A DNA stretch of 63,802 nucleotides, filler included, from Pirum gemmata (taxonomy: Eukaryota), in the NCBI GenBank assembly GCA_002812295.1. It is 23 parts of 23 records of this genome, joined end to end, with 100 filler letters (N's around TTAATTAATTAA, not from the genome) between each part and the next. Parts side by side here need not be neighbours in the genome. Positions count along the whole stretch, not along the records: positions 36,927 to 39,840 come from PDIN01006386.1; positions 39,941 to 42,378 come from PDIN01006387.1; positions 42,479 to 45,531 come from PDIN01006388.1; positions 45,632 to 48,048 come from PDIN01006389.1; positions 48,149 to 50,550 come from PDIN01006390.1; 18 more parts are not named here. One strand, written 5' to 3'. The notes under the pieces were generated by a model that was not told the origin of the DNA, made no database searches, and saw only the letters and a list, made by a program, of their open reading frames with translations. Both the position numbers and the translations under genes were made by a program. How positions within the stretch are numbered: the stretch's first letter is position 1; every line of letters starts with the position of its first letter. This document shows positions 36,964 to 49,810 of this stretch, piece by piece.

Positions 36964-39286
36964 ATGTTTCACTTTAAGAGGACTTATTCGAAGTCACAGA
37001 TGGCCTTGTTGGTCACATTCTCGAAGGAAGCACAGATGATCTTTGTAAGCTACACTTTTACCATACTTTATACGAACAAGAACAACAAGAACAACAAGAA
37101 CAACAAAAACAACAAGAACAACAAGAACAATAAGAACAACAAGAACAATAAGAACAACAAGAAAAAGAACAACAAGAACAAGAACAACAAGAACAAAAAA
37201 AAGAACAAGAACAAAAAAAAGAACAAGAACAAGAACAAGAACAAGAACAAGAACAAGAACAAGAAAAACATCACCATCATCACCGTCATCATTGCTATGC
37301 ATTATTTTTTATTTTAGTTTTATTTTTTAGTATTATTATCATTGTTATTGCTAGTACTACTATTACTATTACTATTTCTGTTACTATTACTATTACTATT
37401 ACTATTACTATTACTATTACTATTACTATTACTATTACTATTACTATNAATAAATAATGAATAAATAAATAAATAATAAATAATGAATAATAAATAATGA
37501 ATAATGAATAATGAATAAATAATAATGAATAATGAATAATGAATAATAAATAATGAATAAATAAATAATGAATAATAAATAAATAATAAATAAATAATAA
37601 ATAATTAATAAATAAATAATAATAGATAATAAATAATAATAAATAATAATAAATAATAAATAATTAATTAATAAATAATAAGTAAATGAATAATTAATTA
37701 ATTAATAATTAATTAATTATAATAATTAATTATAATAATTGATTATAATAATTGATTAATAATTTAAGAATTAATTAATAATTAATTAATTAATTAAGAA
37801 TTAATTAATAATTAATAATAATAATTAATAATAAGGTTGTTGCAAAGGACATCACTGAAAACTTCAACTTCGGCGATACCCCAGCATGTATTACCCCAGA
37901 CTCCATTCAAAAACTTAGAACTCGTTGCCCACTGCCCTTCCACGCCCCTGATGCAGCGGGGTATAAGAAATACCATAATAGATTTCCACATAACCAAGGT
38001 TAGATTTAATTAATCCTTTTAGTTACTTTATATAATAATTTGTTAACATAATCATAATCATAATCATAATTATAATTATAATTATATAATTATAATTATA
38101 ATTATGATCATAATCATATTCATAATATATTCATAATCATAAACATAAACATAATCATACTTATTGCTAACCCAGGTTATCTCGCGTCATTATATGCCGC
38201 TCACTGTGCTGGTGTTGATTTCGCATCAATTAATTTTGTGTTTGGGGGTTCCACTTTGAGTGTATTAGGCGAAATGAAAGCTCCGCAAAACACAAAATAC
38301 CTAGTTCAAAGGTACAAAAACGTAATTATCGTTATCAAACATAAAGATTACGTGCGCAATCCAGGTGACTTTGGATTCCAATTCGAGCGTTTGATAGGTA
38401 AAGCTTTTTACGTTTGATTATTGCTATAAATAACCTCAATCTTAACTTTATTAACATAAACTCAGCCTTAACCTAACCCTAACCCTAACCCTAACTCTAA
38501 CTCTAACTTTAATTTAACTTTAACTTTAACTTTAACTTTAACTTTAACTTTAACTTTAACTTTAACTTTAACTCTAACTCTAACTCTAACTCTAACTCTA
38601 ACTCTAAACCCCCTAACCCCCTATTCCCTTAACTACAACCTTTATTATAAACCTAGCTAGCTATAACCACAACCCTAACCCTAACCTTAACCTTAACCTA
38701 AACCTTAACCTTAACCTACACCTTGAAAGCTGGCTCTGAATTCGATGGTCCATACGATGAAACCAAGAACGAAAGAGTAAATGTTTTTGAAATAGGAAAA
38801 CATCGTGTTGTAATTGCGGCCGATGTAGACAATGTTGAAAAAACACCTAAAAGTGACCTCCCTTCTCCGGTTGAGACAAAAGCCAACAACCCAAAATATT
38901 GGGGAAGTACACTTGGTTTACAAATGGTTAGTTCTACGTCAGGAAAACTAATCCACGGCAACAAAATCAGAGGGAGTAAGAGATATGGTGGTTGCCAGTT
39001 CACTCTTACTGAAGTTGATAGTTACTCCTTATCAGACATTATGCAACGCGGTATAAGTGATGGTGTACATTGGAGCAACGTTGAAAAAAACATTCTAAAA
39101 GGGATGCGATCGCTGAAAAAGGCTTTTAAAAATGTGGAGAATGAAAATTTAAGTGAAGTGTTTCAGATGGTTTTTAGAGGGGAAAATTTGGAGTTGAGAA
39201 AAATGAATGCTCCTTATAATAAAACTGAGAATTGGGAACAAGTTTTACCACCAGCAAACGTTGTAAAAGAAGTAATTGATTACTAA
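36964..39286 (+). CDS. RAI1/DXO-family (PD-(D/E)xK) decapping exonuclease-like protein; exons 36964-37044, 37836-37998, 38176-38397, 38730-39286 (340 aa)
   Basis: Four phase-compatible GT-AG exons total 1023 nt. GFQFERL matches the GxxFE motif, IAADVD the E-phi-D motif, VETKA the E-phi-K motif, followed by KYW...LQM. The first exon is the least certain. Confidence 0.72.
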
Positions 39287-40163
39287 TTTACTTGGTGATG
39301 GGGGGAAGTAAGGAACTATATAAAATCTATAAAAATAAAAATTGAAATAAAAATAAATTTAATAAATTTATATTGTTCGAAACAATCATTCATCTCATTT
39401 TTCATTTTTGAAAGTTACAAAAATATAATAGATATATTAATATATATTACTTTTTTACTAAGTGAAATACTACTTAAAGTGGGTTTTATTACTATTATAA
39501 ATTTATAATTAATTACTATTCCTATTAATATTATTACGTATACTATTACTATTACTATTACTATATTACTATTACTATTTCTATTACTATTTCTATTACT
39601 ATTACTATTAATATTACTATTACTATATTATATATTACTATTACTATTACTATTACTATTACTATTATTAATACTATTACTATTACTATTATTAATTACT
39701 ATTACTATTACTATTACTATTACTATTACTATTACTATTACTATTACTATTTATTAGTATTACTATTAGTATTACTATTAGTATTAGTATTACTATATTA
39801 CTATATTACTATATTACTATTACTATTACTATTACTATTANNNNNNNNNNNNNNNNNNNNNNNNNNNNNNNNNNNNNNNNNNNNTTAATTAATTAANNNN
39901 NNNNNNNNNNNNNNNNNNNNNNNNNNNNNNNNNNNNNNNNTACCACTACCACTACTACCACTACCACTACCACTACCACTACCACTACCACTACCACTAC
40001 CACTATTACTACTACTTCTACTAATACTACCACCACCACCGCCACCACTACAACAACAACTACGACTACTACTACTACTACTAATACTACTACTATTATT
40101 ATTATTACTACTACTACTACATCTTTTTTATTTTATTTTTTAATTTTATTTTTTAATCTCTAG

Positions 40164-42312
40164 TTTAAAAGCAAGTAAAGAATTGAGCATAGAAAAGGAT
40201 GAAACTATCACAATTATACAAGATAAATTAGATTCCTCAAAAAGAGATGTCCTAAACAAACAAAGTGAAATCACTGGGTTAGAAGAAGCACTGGCCAAAG
40301 CCAAAGAATTACTCGCAGAAAAAGATAAACAAAACTCAAATACTTCCAACAAAACTAGCCAGGAAAATGATCAATTGAAATTAAAATTATTAGAAATGGA
40401 ACAATTAAAAAATGCAGCTGAAAAAGAGTTACAAGAAATTAAAGCTCACATTGAACAAGAACAAAAACCTAAAATCCAAGAACTCAATCGTAAAGTTTCA
40501 CTTCATACTAAAGATGTGGCCGAAAAAGAAAACAAAATTCGAGTATTTAATAAAGAAAAAATCGAATTGGTGACAGAAAATGAAAAATTAGCAACGGAAT
40601 TAACAGCTTTGAAAAAAGCAAACCAAACTTTAACAACTGATTATCAAGAGAAAATAACTGTTTTGCAAACCACTTTACAAGAAACTGAAACTATTAATAA
40701 AGAACTGCAGCATGACAAAGATGATTTAGAATTAAAACTCAGTGAACTTAATAATGTGAATGGTAAGTCCGAATCCAAAATAAAACAAACTTATTTAGAC
40801 TTGGAGCAAAGTAAAAAAGATACCGAAAAATTCAAACAAGAAATTAAAAAATTCGAAGTCACAAGGAAAGAGCACGAGACTTCACTTCGAGAAGTGGAAA
40901 CTAAGTTATCTAATTTAGACAAAGAGAAAGTAGATATAGCGCAAAAATTAAAATCCGCCGAAGAAAATTTGTCGACTTTGAGCGCGGAAAAGAAAGACTT
41001 GGAAAGGAAAAATTCTGAGCTTAATGAATTGAAGATAGAATCGGAAAAAAAAATAGCAAAATCGAAAATTACTTCAGAGGGTTATGAGACTGATATTAAA
41101 ACCTTAAATCGAAAAGTTTCTTTATTAGAAAGTAATAATAAACAGGTCAAAGATATTATGGAAAAGTTAAAAATTGTTGAAGATAAAAATGAGGTATTAA
41201 TAAGTGAAAACGAAAAAGTAACTATAAAATTAAAAGGGTTGGAAATTGAAAACAAACAAAAGGATAGCGTGATTAAAAGTTTAAACACTGATTTAAGTAA
41301 ATTGAAAAAAGCCACTGTTAATGCGGTACCTACTGTTAGTAGTAGCAGTAGTAGTAGCAGTAGTAAGGATAGCGATAAAAATAAGGATAAAGGTAATAGT
41401 AAGAATAAAGAAAACAAAAACGAAAGCGAAAGTACAGCAACAACTCCTCCAGTTGTAATTGTAGATTCTACTTCTACTTCTACTTCTACTACTACTACTG
41501 CTGCTGCTGCTTCTAAAAAAGTCTTGGAAGTGAAAGAAGTAGTAGAAGATAATAATGAAGAGTATGTTGATCAATCGAAAGTCAGTATAGTTTTAAACAA
41601 AAGTGAAGTAGTTGAAAAAACTACTTCTAAAATAAACGATGAAATTAAAACCATACTCATCACAGACCCCAAACGCTTGGTCAACAAAAGTAAATGTTCT
41701 CATTCCCGTGCCATTCATTTTGGTGGGGACACCCTATGGAAAACAGCTTTAGAAATGGGCGATTTAAAAGAAATAAAAACACAAGTAGAAAAATATGGTA
41801 AGGATGTAGATGAGATGGATGACGATGGTGTTCGACCTTTACATTCAGTTAGTGTCGAAGGACATTTAGATTGCGCGGAATATTTAATTTCCAAGGGAGC
41901 GTTAGTTAATTGTGTCGATAAAGATAATTGGACCCCATTACATTGTGCAGCCTGTACTGGTAATTTAGATTTAATTAAGTATTTTTTAAAAATGGGCGCC
42001 GATTATCGTGTTAGTAGCGCGGATGATGAGAAACCAGTAGATTTGTGCGAAGATAGCCCGGAATGTGGCGAATTTTTGAAATCGTTGGATAAGAAAATAA
42101 AAACCGAAGAATATCTCAAAGCTATCTTTGAATATACAGCCAATAAAGAGGACGAATTAAGTTTGAGTGTATTTGATAGACTGAAAATTTTCCGGGATGA
42201 AAATGAGTCTGATGATTGGGTGATGGCTACGGTGGTGGATGAAAATAATAATGTAAAGGATGAAACGAAAAAAGGGCTGGTTCCTATTACTTATCTTTCC
42301 GTTATAATATGA
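40164..42312 (+). CDS. ASPP-like PP1 regulatory protein: coiled coil, RVxF motif, ankyrin repeats, C-terminal SH3 (terminal exon)
   Basis: Long heptad-rich region; RAIHF just before the ankyrins (GVRPLHSVS, NWTPLHCAA); SH3 AIFEYTANKEDELSL...DW...GLVPITYL at the C-terminus. Confidence 0.85.
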
Positions 42313-42992
42313 TAGTAATTAATATTTTACATAAAGACTTAAGTGTTGGGCTAGCATGGATGACGTCATAATATATATNNNNNNNNNNNNNNNNNNNNNN
42401 NNNNNNNNNNNNNNNNNNNNNNTTAATTAATTAANNNNNNNNNNNNNNNNNNNNNNNNNNNNNNNNNNNNNNNNNNNNATAATAATAATAATAATAATAA
42501 ATAATAATTAATTATTATAAATACGTGTTTGCAGTGTTTTGTTTGCGCACTAAGTTGATGTTGGAATTTTAACTATATATAAGCATATTTATAATGATAT
42601 AGTAATGATATACTTTAATATTTATTTATAGACTACCAGTTGCAGTATTCAAGACTGATCACCACCACGGTGAAGCGGTGTGAAGTTGTGAACCAGACAG
42701 ACTGAGACAGTAAAATATTTTCTTTTGTTTTATATATTTATTTCTATCAATATTTTAGTTGAGTTGGTTGGTGAGAAATGGTGCATACTTAAACCAGCTG
42801 ACTTAAACTCAATTTCTACAAACACATTTTAAAAAAATTTCTAGTCAAATTTAGTAGAAAAAATGATAGGATGCATATGGTAATTTAGTGGTAATTTATT
42901 ATTTTTATATTTTTTTTTAACAAAAAAAGAAATTATATGAACCTGTAAACCTCTAATTAGCACTGAATTTTAAGGGTTAGCTATGATACTAC

Positions 42993-43163
42993 TATTGTGC
43001 TTTTCATTTATTTTGTCACTCCAAATATTTATTTGGTTGTTGATACTTTTTTAAAATAAATAAATATATAATAAAATTAAATTAAATGGATTTATATTGT
43101 ACTACTGACTTGGCACTATTTATTGTATATTTTATGACGGCAAAATAACTGGAAAGCACGATA
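42993..43163. mobile_element. MITE family C (~170 bp, TIR (T/C)GTGCTTTTCA, TA-flanked); copies at 3795-3897(-), 8263-8430, 16186-16252(-), 17248-17310, 58922-59066, 59672-59870(-)
   Basis: ta-ttgtgcttttca...tggaaagcacga-ta; conserved tttggagggttataatctttaaattg core. TA flanks are consistent with a Tc1/mariner-type target. Confidence 0.85.
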
Positions 43164-44309
43164 ATACCACTAGGATAATACCAGTTCTAATCTAATACCA
43201 TTAATAAAAATATCCTTTTTCAAGATTTCCATTTCAATGGCTTAGATAGCAATCTGAAAGCTTAGAATTTCACCTAGGTAGAGGAGGTCTGCGGCATTTA
43301 TTATGACGTCATTAATAATTTCGTAGATTATTAAATTTTTACAAATTATTATCAATATTATATTATAATATGATATAAAAATAAAAATAATAAAAATAAA
43401 AAAATTAATATAAAAAAGATCTGGTCCATCTGGATGGTTTTTACAAATTACAAAACTTCGATTGAGATTTGTGAGTCAAATTGTGACCATTATTTGTCAC
43501 TGATTTCAGAAATTAGCGTTTATTTTTGTATCATTATTAATTTATTATCATGTATTAAATAAAATAATTAATTATTTTAATATTTTATAGTTGTGAACTT
43601 GTGAAGTTGTGATAAATAATAAATTTTGTACTAATTTTTTCTAGCTATCCGATAATTTTTTATGATAATAATATATCGATATCATATTATATATAGTATA
43701 TATAAGTTTATTGATATTTATTTATAAATAATATTATCATAGATTCATAATCGATAATAATAAAAGAAATAATATTTGTCTAATAGTTTGTATGATAGTT
43801 TCTTTTAATTAGAATTTATGAATCATGATAGATATGATAGATAGACAGTTTTTAGACTGCAGTTTTATTTAGTTAGACTTCTATCCGATAGTTCTAGCTA
43901 GCTACTCTAAGCTAGCTAGCTAGCTACTCTAAGCTAGCTAGCTACTCTAAGCTAGCTAGCTGGTACCACACCCGACCCTATCACTGGCCTACCACAGTAG
44001 CTTTCATGATCTAAAAATAAGAATCAATATATATATATAAAATCCGGTTATAATCGTCGATTATAACCGGATTTTTGCTATATTATCATATTCATATATC
44101 ATTATATTTATGTATAGTTTACAGGTATAGTTTATGTGTAGTCATAAACTCATAATATGATATGATATACTTATGATATATGTACATATCTGCAAATATA
44201 ATAAATATTATATCGATAGACTATGATAATATTTATGATATAAATTCATATAATAATATTATAAATAACATTGATAATATCTGGCCGTCCCGTGGACCGT
44301 GGTGGACTA

Positions 44310-44376
<67 letters not shown>

Positions 44377-45148
44377 TTTTTTTTTCCAGCTAGCTAGAGT
44401 TAGTTGTAAAAAAAAGGAATCTGAAAAAGGAATCTGAAAAAGGGTTGATGGTGATGGTATCATGCATATAAAGGACGTCACTTATTAAATCGTTAATTAA
44501 TAGACTACCTATGCCTCTTTGTCCAAAACACGTTTGGTCATAATTTTAAAGTTCATTTTTTAATAATTAATTACTGCCTAAAACAGTTTAAATCACACTT
44601 TCGAGCAATAACTTCTATCAAAGAATAAGTTCAATACTATCATGATAGAAGTTAGATAAAATGACGTCATCTCACCCTACTGCATGCATGCATTGCATAC
44701 CCCTACTCTAGCCAGTAGCTATCGATAGTATCATGATAGTAGCTAGCAAGTAGCAACTGCATGCATGCATAATGCATTATTGCCGATAGTATTATGATAG
44801 TAGCTAGCAGTAGGGGTGAGATATCTACTGGAACTTTTTTCGAACAGATGCTTATCGAGCCAACCTTAGTTCCGTGTTTCTTACTAATAATAGCAGTTAA
44901 ATAGCTTAAAATAGNNNNNNNNNNNNNNNNNNNNNNNNNNCCCTAACCCTAACCCTAACCCTAACCCTAACCCTAACCCTAACCCTAACCCTAATCCTGA
45001 TCCTGATCCTAATTCTAATCCTAATCCTAACCCTAAAACCCTAACCCTAACCCTAATCCTAATCCTAGCCCTAGCTAAATTTAAGTGCACTGCTGAATAT
45101 TTTACTTATTTAATTAAGAGCATCTTTATTTATTTATTTATTTATTAG

Positions 45149-45226
45149 TCTGACGATGAACCTGAAGTAAATGAATTTGCAAAAAATAAACGTAAGAGAA
45201 CACTCCCATTTGGAAAGAATAGATAA
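45149..45226 (+). CDS. Putative short terminal exon
   Basis: tattAG then SDDEPEVNEFAKNKRKRTLPFGKNR*; preceded by (CCCTAA)n like other acceptors. Confidence 0.35.
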   Translation, partial: SDDEPEVNEFAKNKRKRTLPFGKNR

Positions 45227-45846
45227 ACTATGTCATGAGACTACACACACTAAACCGTTACAAAAATGATAACAGCATTTGTCATTTTTAAAGGTTTTTT
45301 TGATTAAATTTGAGCTGGAGATATTATCTTCTTTTCTTCAGCTTACTTACTTACTGAAACTAAGCTACTATTGTTTTTTTAAAAAAAATGATAGCGTTTG
45401 CCAACCATACATTAGTTCATACATTCCTTTTTACAGTTATAGTGCAAATTCTTGGTTTTGCCCTTCAAAATTTAATACAAGATGGATAAGAACCACAACT
45501 ACCTTTACATTTTTAGCTACAACAACCATATNNNNNNNNNNNNNNNNNNNNNNNNNNNNNNNNNNNNNNNNNNNNTTAATTAATTAANNNNNNNNNNNNN
45601 NNNNNNNNNNNNNNNNNNNNNNNNNNNNNNNAAATAATAAACAATAAAATAATAAACAATAAAATAATAAACAATAAAATAATAAACAATAAAATAATAA
45701 ACAATAAAATAATAAATAATAAGTAATAAACAATAAACAATAAGCAATAAACAATAAACAATAAACAATAAACAATAAACAACAAATAATAAATAAGCGA
45801 AAAAATCACGATAATAATTTTTTTAATTAAATTTTCTATGTTATAG

Positions 45847-47362
45847 TCCACCCGGACCTGACGATACAGGTACTTGTCAATGGTTTGTAGAAAAACAGAG
45901 AGCTAGTCAAGATGATGAATTCAGAGAAATCATACAAAAAATTGAATTGGTTGAAGCTGAACAGAAAACGCATGCCATACGTACGTTTGAGGAGCCCCGT
46001 TTTCAATTTTGCCCTAACAACCTGGATCAAGTTGATGTTAAAGACTCCACTATGCAAGGAATGCCAAATGAAGCTGGTAATGTTGGTCATGAAACATCTC
46101 AACAATATAAGGGACTAACTGATAAGAAGATTACTAGTCCTGTTAAATGGGTGGTGGGTGGTCTTTTAACAACTGCTGGTATATTTGCTTTAAGAAAACT
46201 CAAAAAATATGCAAAAAATGTTTACAACAAGAAATATACCAACACTATCAACGCTACTGGTATTGCTAAGTCTTTTGAGCTTGTTGATGAACCCGATGAA
46301 GCCATTCAATCGCACCAAGAACCTACAGCTACTGATGAAGATAAAACCTTTAATCACCAAAGTGTTATATCTACAGCTTCTGCAATACTATATACGACTA
46401 GTACTACATTTGCATATCTACCATCGACTACTGATATAGGTGGTAATAATGTTGATAGTAATGACAACATAGGGCCCGTGTTTCATCTTAAAGAACTTAC
46501 AGAACAAACAACAAACTCTACAGCGACCGATACTAATAGTAGTACTGCTCACATTGACCGAATCATTATCATTGTCATCATAGTTGGGTTTTTAGTGTTA
46601 TGTGCTGCAGCGATTTTGAGCTTCTACTTTTATAAAGTTAGAAAATCTAAAGCAGCGGCAGACAAACTTGGTGGTTTAACTCCCGCCCAATTTGTTCAAA
46701 AGGACGAAACAAGAAACCCCCGAAATGAAATTGTACTTCAAACTGATGAGGAGTATTACACAATGCTAACTCAAAGTCAAGGAGGACAAAGTGTTAATAG
46801 CGGTACCATAATAACAAATAGAATAGAATATGCTTACGAAAGTTACACTCGTTTAGACCAAGAATGTGATGTCAGTAACCAAAAGCTGCCAACAACAGAT
46901 CCCGAGAAAAAAATAACAATGGAAGAATATGATTCCAATTTTGACCAACTTGATGATAATATTAGTAACACAAACCTGCCAAAACCAGAGTACGATATTC
47001 CACAGTCCGAAAAGAAAAAGCTCACAATTGAAGAATATGATGTTCCTCATGAAAACCAATTAAGACTACCTGGAAAGAATTTATATTATATCCCAGGATT
47101 CCCCCTGCCAACTTCTAATGAAACATCTGATGGTAATAAGGAGCATAAACAAGTGCCAGATATACCTGCTCCAGCTATTCCAAAGGTCGATGAAGCTGCC
47201 TTTGTTTTAGCTAAGAATAAAAATAACGAAGAAGGTGATCTTAAATTCCTCAATAATGTATCATTAATGAAAGAACAAGAAAACGACAACGACGATATAT
47301 ATACTAATCCACACATAGAATACTCAAATAACACTACTGATGATATATACAGTAATTTGTAA
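45847..47362 (+). CDS. Terminal exon of a membrane protein with an S/T-rich stalk, a TM helix and a disordered tail bearing many tyrosine motifs; no kinase domain in the tail
   Basis: ttatAG acceptor in frame. TM IIIIVIIVGFLVLCAAAILSFYFY-KVRK; tail motifs EEYYTML, PEYDIP, EEYDVP, DIYTNP, IEYSNN, DIYSNL*. Confidence 0.88.
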
Positions 47363-48624
47363 TTTAATCGAAGAAAAAGAAAATAATATAAGTACACGCT
47401 AACAACTTTGAAACAGAATTATTAAAATAAAAAATTAATTGACATTTATAAATAAGGAATTGGTGGTTTATTAGGTATAATTCACGAGCTAGTCTACTCT
47501 ACAACCCTACAATCAGGCGAAAAACGAGTGAAACCCGAACTGAAAAACGTCAAAAGAAATCTACAATAGCTTTCCACCAGAAGTCAAACTACACGTGTGA
47601 ACATAAAATAGACAAAACTGTAAGACCAGATAAGAATGGATAACATACATCAAAAAAATATTACATATTTTTAACCCACATGTAGATGATGTTTTTTATA
47701 AAATTGCCTTGGGGGTCTTGAAGACTTGAACAGTTGAACTAGGGGTCTTGAACCTAGAGTTTACTGGCTATGATCTAGCTAGTCTAGGGGGTCTTAACCC
47801 TGGTCTTAACCCCTTCTGTAGATGAGTGCTATGGAAGTTATGGAAGTATGAATGATGGGTTTTTTGTTGGTAACCTCTCACAATTCTGCTCGAGCCCGAA
47901 AACTCAAATTTCTGCTATCAAAAAAGCCAAAAATTCAGCTTCGTTCGAATTTTTTTTTTTTTCATATTTTTCGGGTTTTTAATAAATAAATATATTTGAA
48001 TATTTAATTGTAAGCTGAAAATTTCGAACTTATTTAATTAATAAATAGNNNNNNNNNNNNNNNNNNNNNNNNNNNNNNNNNNNNNNNNNNNNTTAATTAA
48101 TTAANNNNNNNNNNNNNNNNNNNNNNNNNNNNNNNNNNNNNNNNNNNNTTTGTTCTTGTATTTTCTTGTAATTTTTTAATATGTAAAACTTAAAGAATAA
48201 AAAAATTAAAATGAAAAAAGGTGATTTTTGTCTGATTCCGGACTGATTATATTAGTCAATCGTGAAAGGTGTCAAAACGTTATCATTTTTGTACTGTATG
48301 ATATTATTATGATTTCAACTTGGTTATTTATTACGTAAAAGCATACGTCAAAATGATGTATTTTAGTAGATCATAATTTTTAGTCTCCAGATGTAAATCT
48401 GCAATTTGAAAGAGACATATCTAGAGTTTCTCCCAACTTCTGTAAACGCTTATAGAATGAGTTGTAATGATGCTATGAACTTAATTTTTAAAAATACTTT
48501 TGCTATCTACTTTTACCTCTAGATTAGCATCCAATAATTAGTTTGTATTAAATTTTAATTCCCGTACAATTTGTTACAATTGGAAAGTTCATTTATCATT
48601 TATTAATTAATACTAATTGATTTG

Positions 48625-49200
48625 ATTTACTCACTGGATTTTGCCTTCAGTGAGTTTTATTTTTGCAAGTGTTGTGTACAGTTCTTCTCTCTCATTTCCT
48701 TTTAGGGCTAAAAGAGACAACAGAGCATACTCTTTAAAACCCTTTAATATCCGTAGCTTCTTTCGGATTTGCCATAGGATGGTTAATCGAAAACATTCCT
48801 AATGAATTTCTGATATTTTCATCTTTTTATGGGTTACTTGTAACAGCTCTTGTAATCATATAGTGTGGCTCAGTTACTTACAATTTATGTACTTCAAGGA
48901 AGTTGAAGTTTACCTGTGAATTTTGCGTTTTTCTAACATTTTTTTTATGGTTTGCTTATTACAATATTGCTCGTTATATTAATATATTTCTGATCCTAAT
49001 ACCAGGGAATTGTTTTCAGGGTTAGTCGCTAACTCTCATACGTTGGTTTTCTTTGGAGTTCCAATGGTGATGGTGTTTAAATTATTCGGGAAAAAATTCA
49101 GTTTATCTTTCTTTGGCGTTAACTCTTACCCAGGGTATTAATAATTGTGTTTGGATTGGTTGGGGTATTGCATTAGGTGTGATCATGTTTTGGATTATTA
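48625..49200 (+). pseudogene. SWEET/MtN3-like sugar transporter pseudogene
   Basis: Frame-broken translations WILPSVSFIFASVVYSS..RAKRDN..KPF..FGFAIGWLIE and GLVANSHTLVFFGVPMVMVFK/IREKNSVYLSLALTLTQG/NNCVWIGWGIAL match the two MtN3 halves. Several stops and frameshifts; no intron apparent. Confidence 0.55.
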
Positions 49201-49810
49201 TTGATATTAATATCCTCTAGAAAAAAAGTTTGAAGCTGCTGACTTCCTGTAGAAAATTAAAGAAATGCAAAAAAGAATGAATGTATTACTTTAAATTTAT
49301 ATTCATCAGATGATTGTTATTACTCAGAAAGTACAAGTGATGAACATAATAGAGCAAGTATAATAATTAATTAATCAATTAATAAATTAAATTATTTTTA
49401 TTTATAATTTATAATTATTATTGATATTTTAAAATATCACTTAAAAAAATAGTTACTGACTTACGGTAGAAAATAAAAGAAATGCAAAAATGATTGATTT
49501 ACAATGTATTACTTTAAATTTATATTCATCAGATAATTGCAATTGTTATTATTCGGATATTAATTAAAAGTGATGCTATTATTATATATATATAAGAGAG
49601 CAAGTTTAATTTAATTATAAATATATTATTTATAATTATTATTGATATTAATATCCTTTAGAAAAAAAGTTTGAAGTTGCTTACTTACGGTATAAAATGA
49701 AAGAAATACAAAAATGAATGATTTATTATAAATTATATATTACTTTAAATTTATATTCATTAGAATCTGATGATTGTTATTATTCAGAAAATAAAAGTGA
49801 TGATATTAAG
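49200..49810. repeat. Three ~200-225-bp tandem units that begin at the 3' end of the SWEET-like pseudogene
   Basis: ttattattgatatt...aaaagaaatgcaaaaa...tattactttaaatttatattcatcag recurs three times. Confidence 0.75.

Noticed and set aside
45240..45531. Minus-strand Cys-rich remnant (GCCS*KCKGSCG...CKKECMN) resembling CXC/AWS domains
   Set aside because: Multiple stops and frameshifts; the family cannot be assigned by eye.
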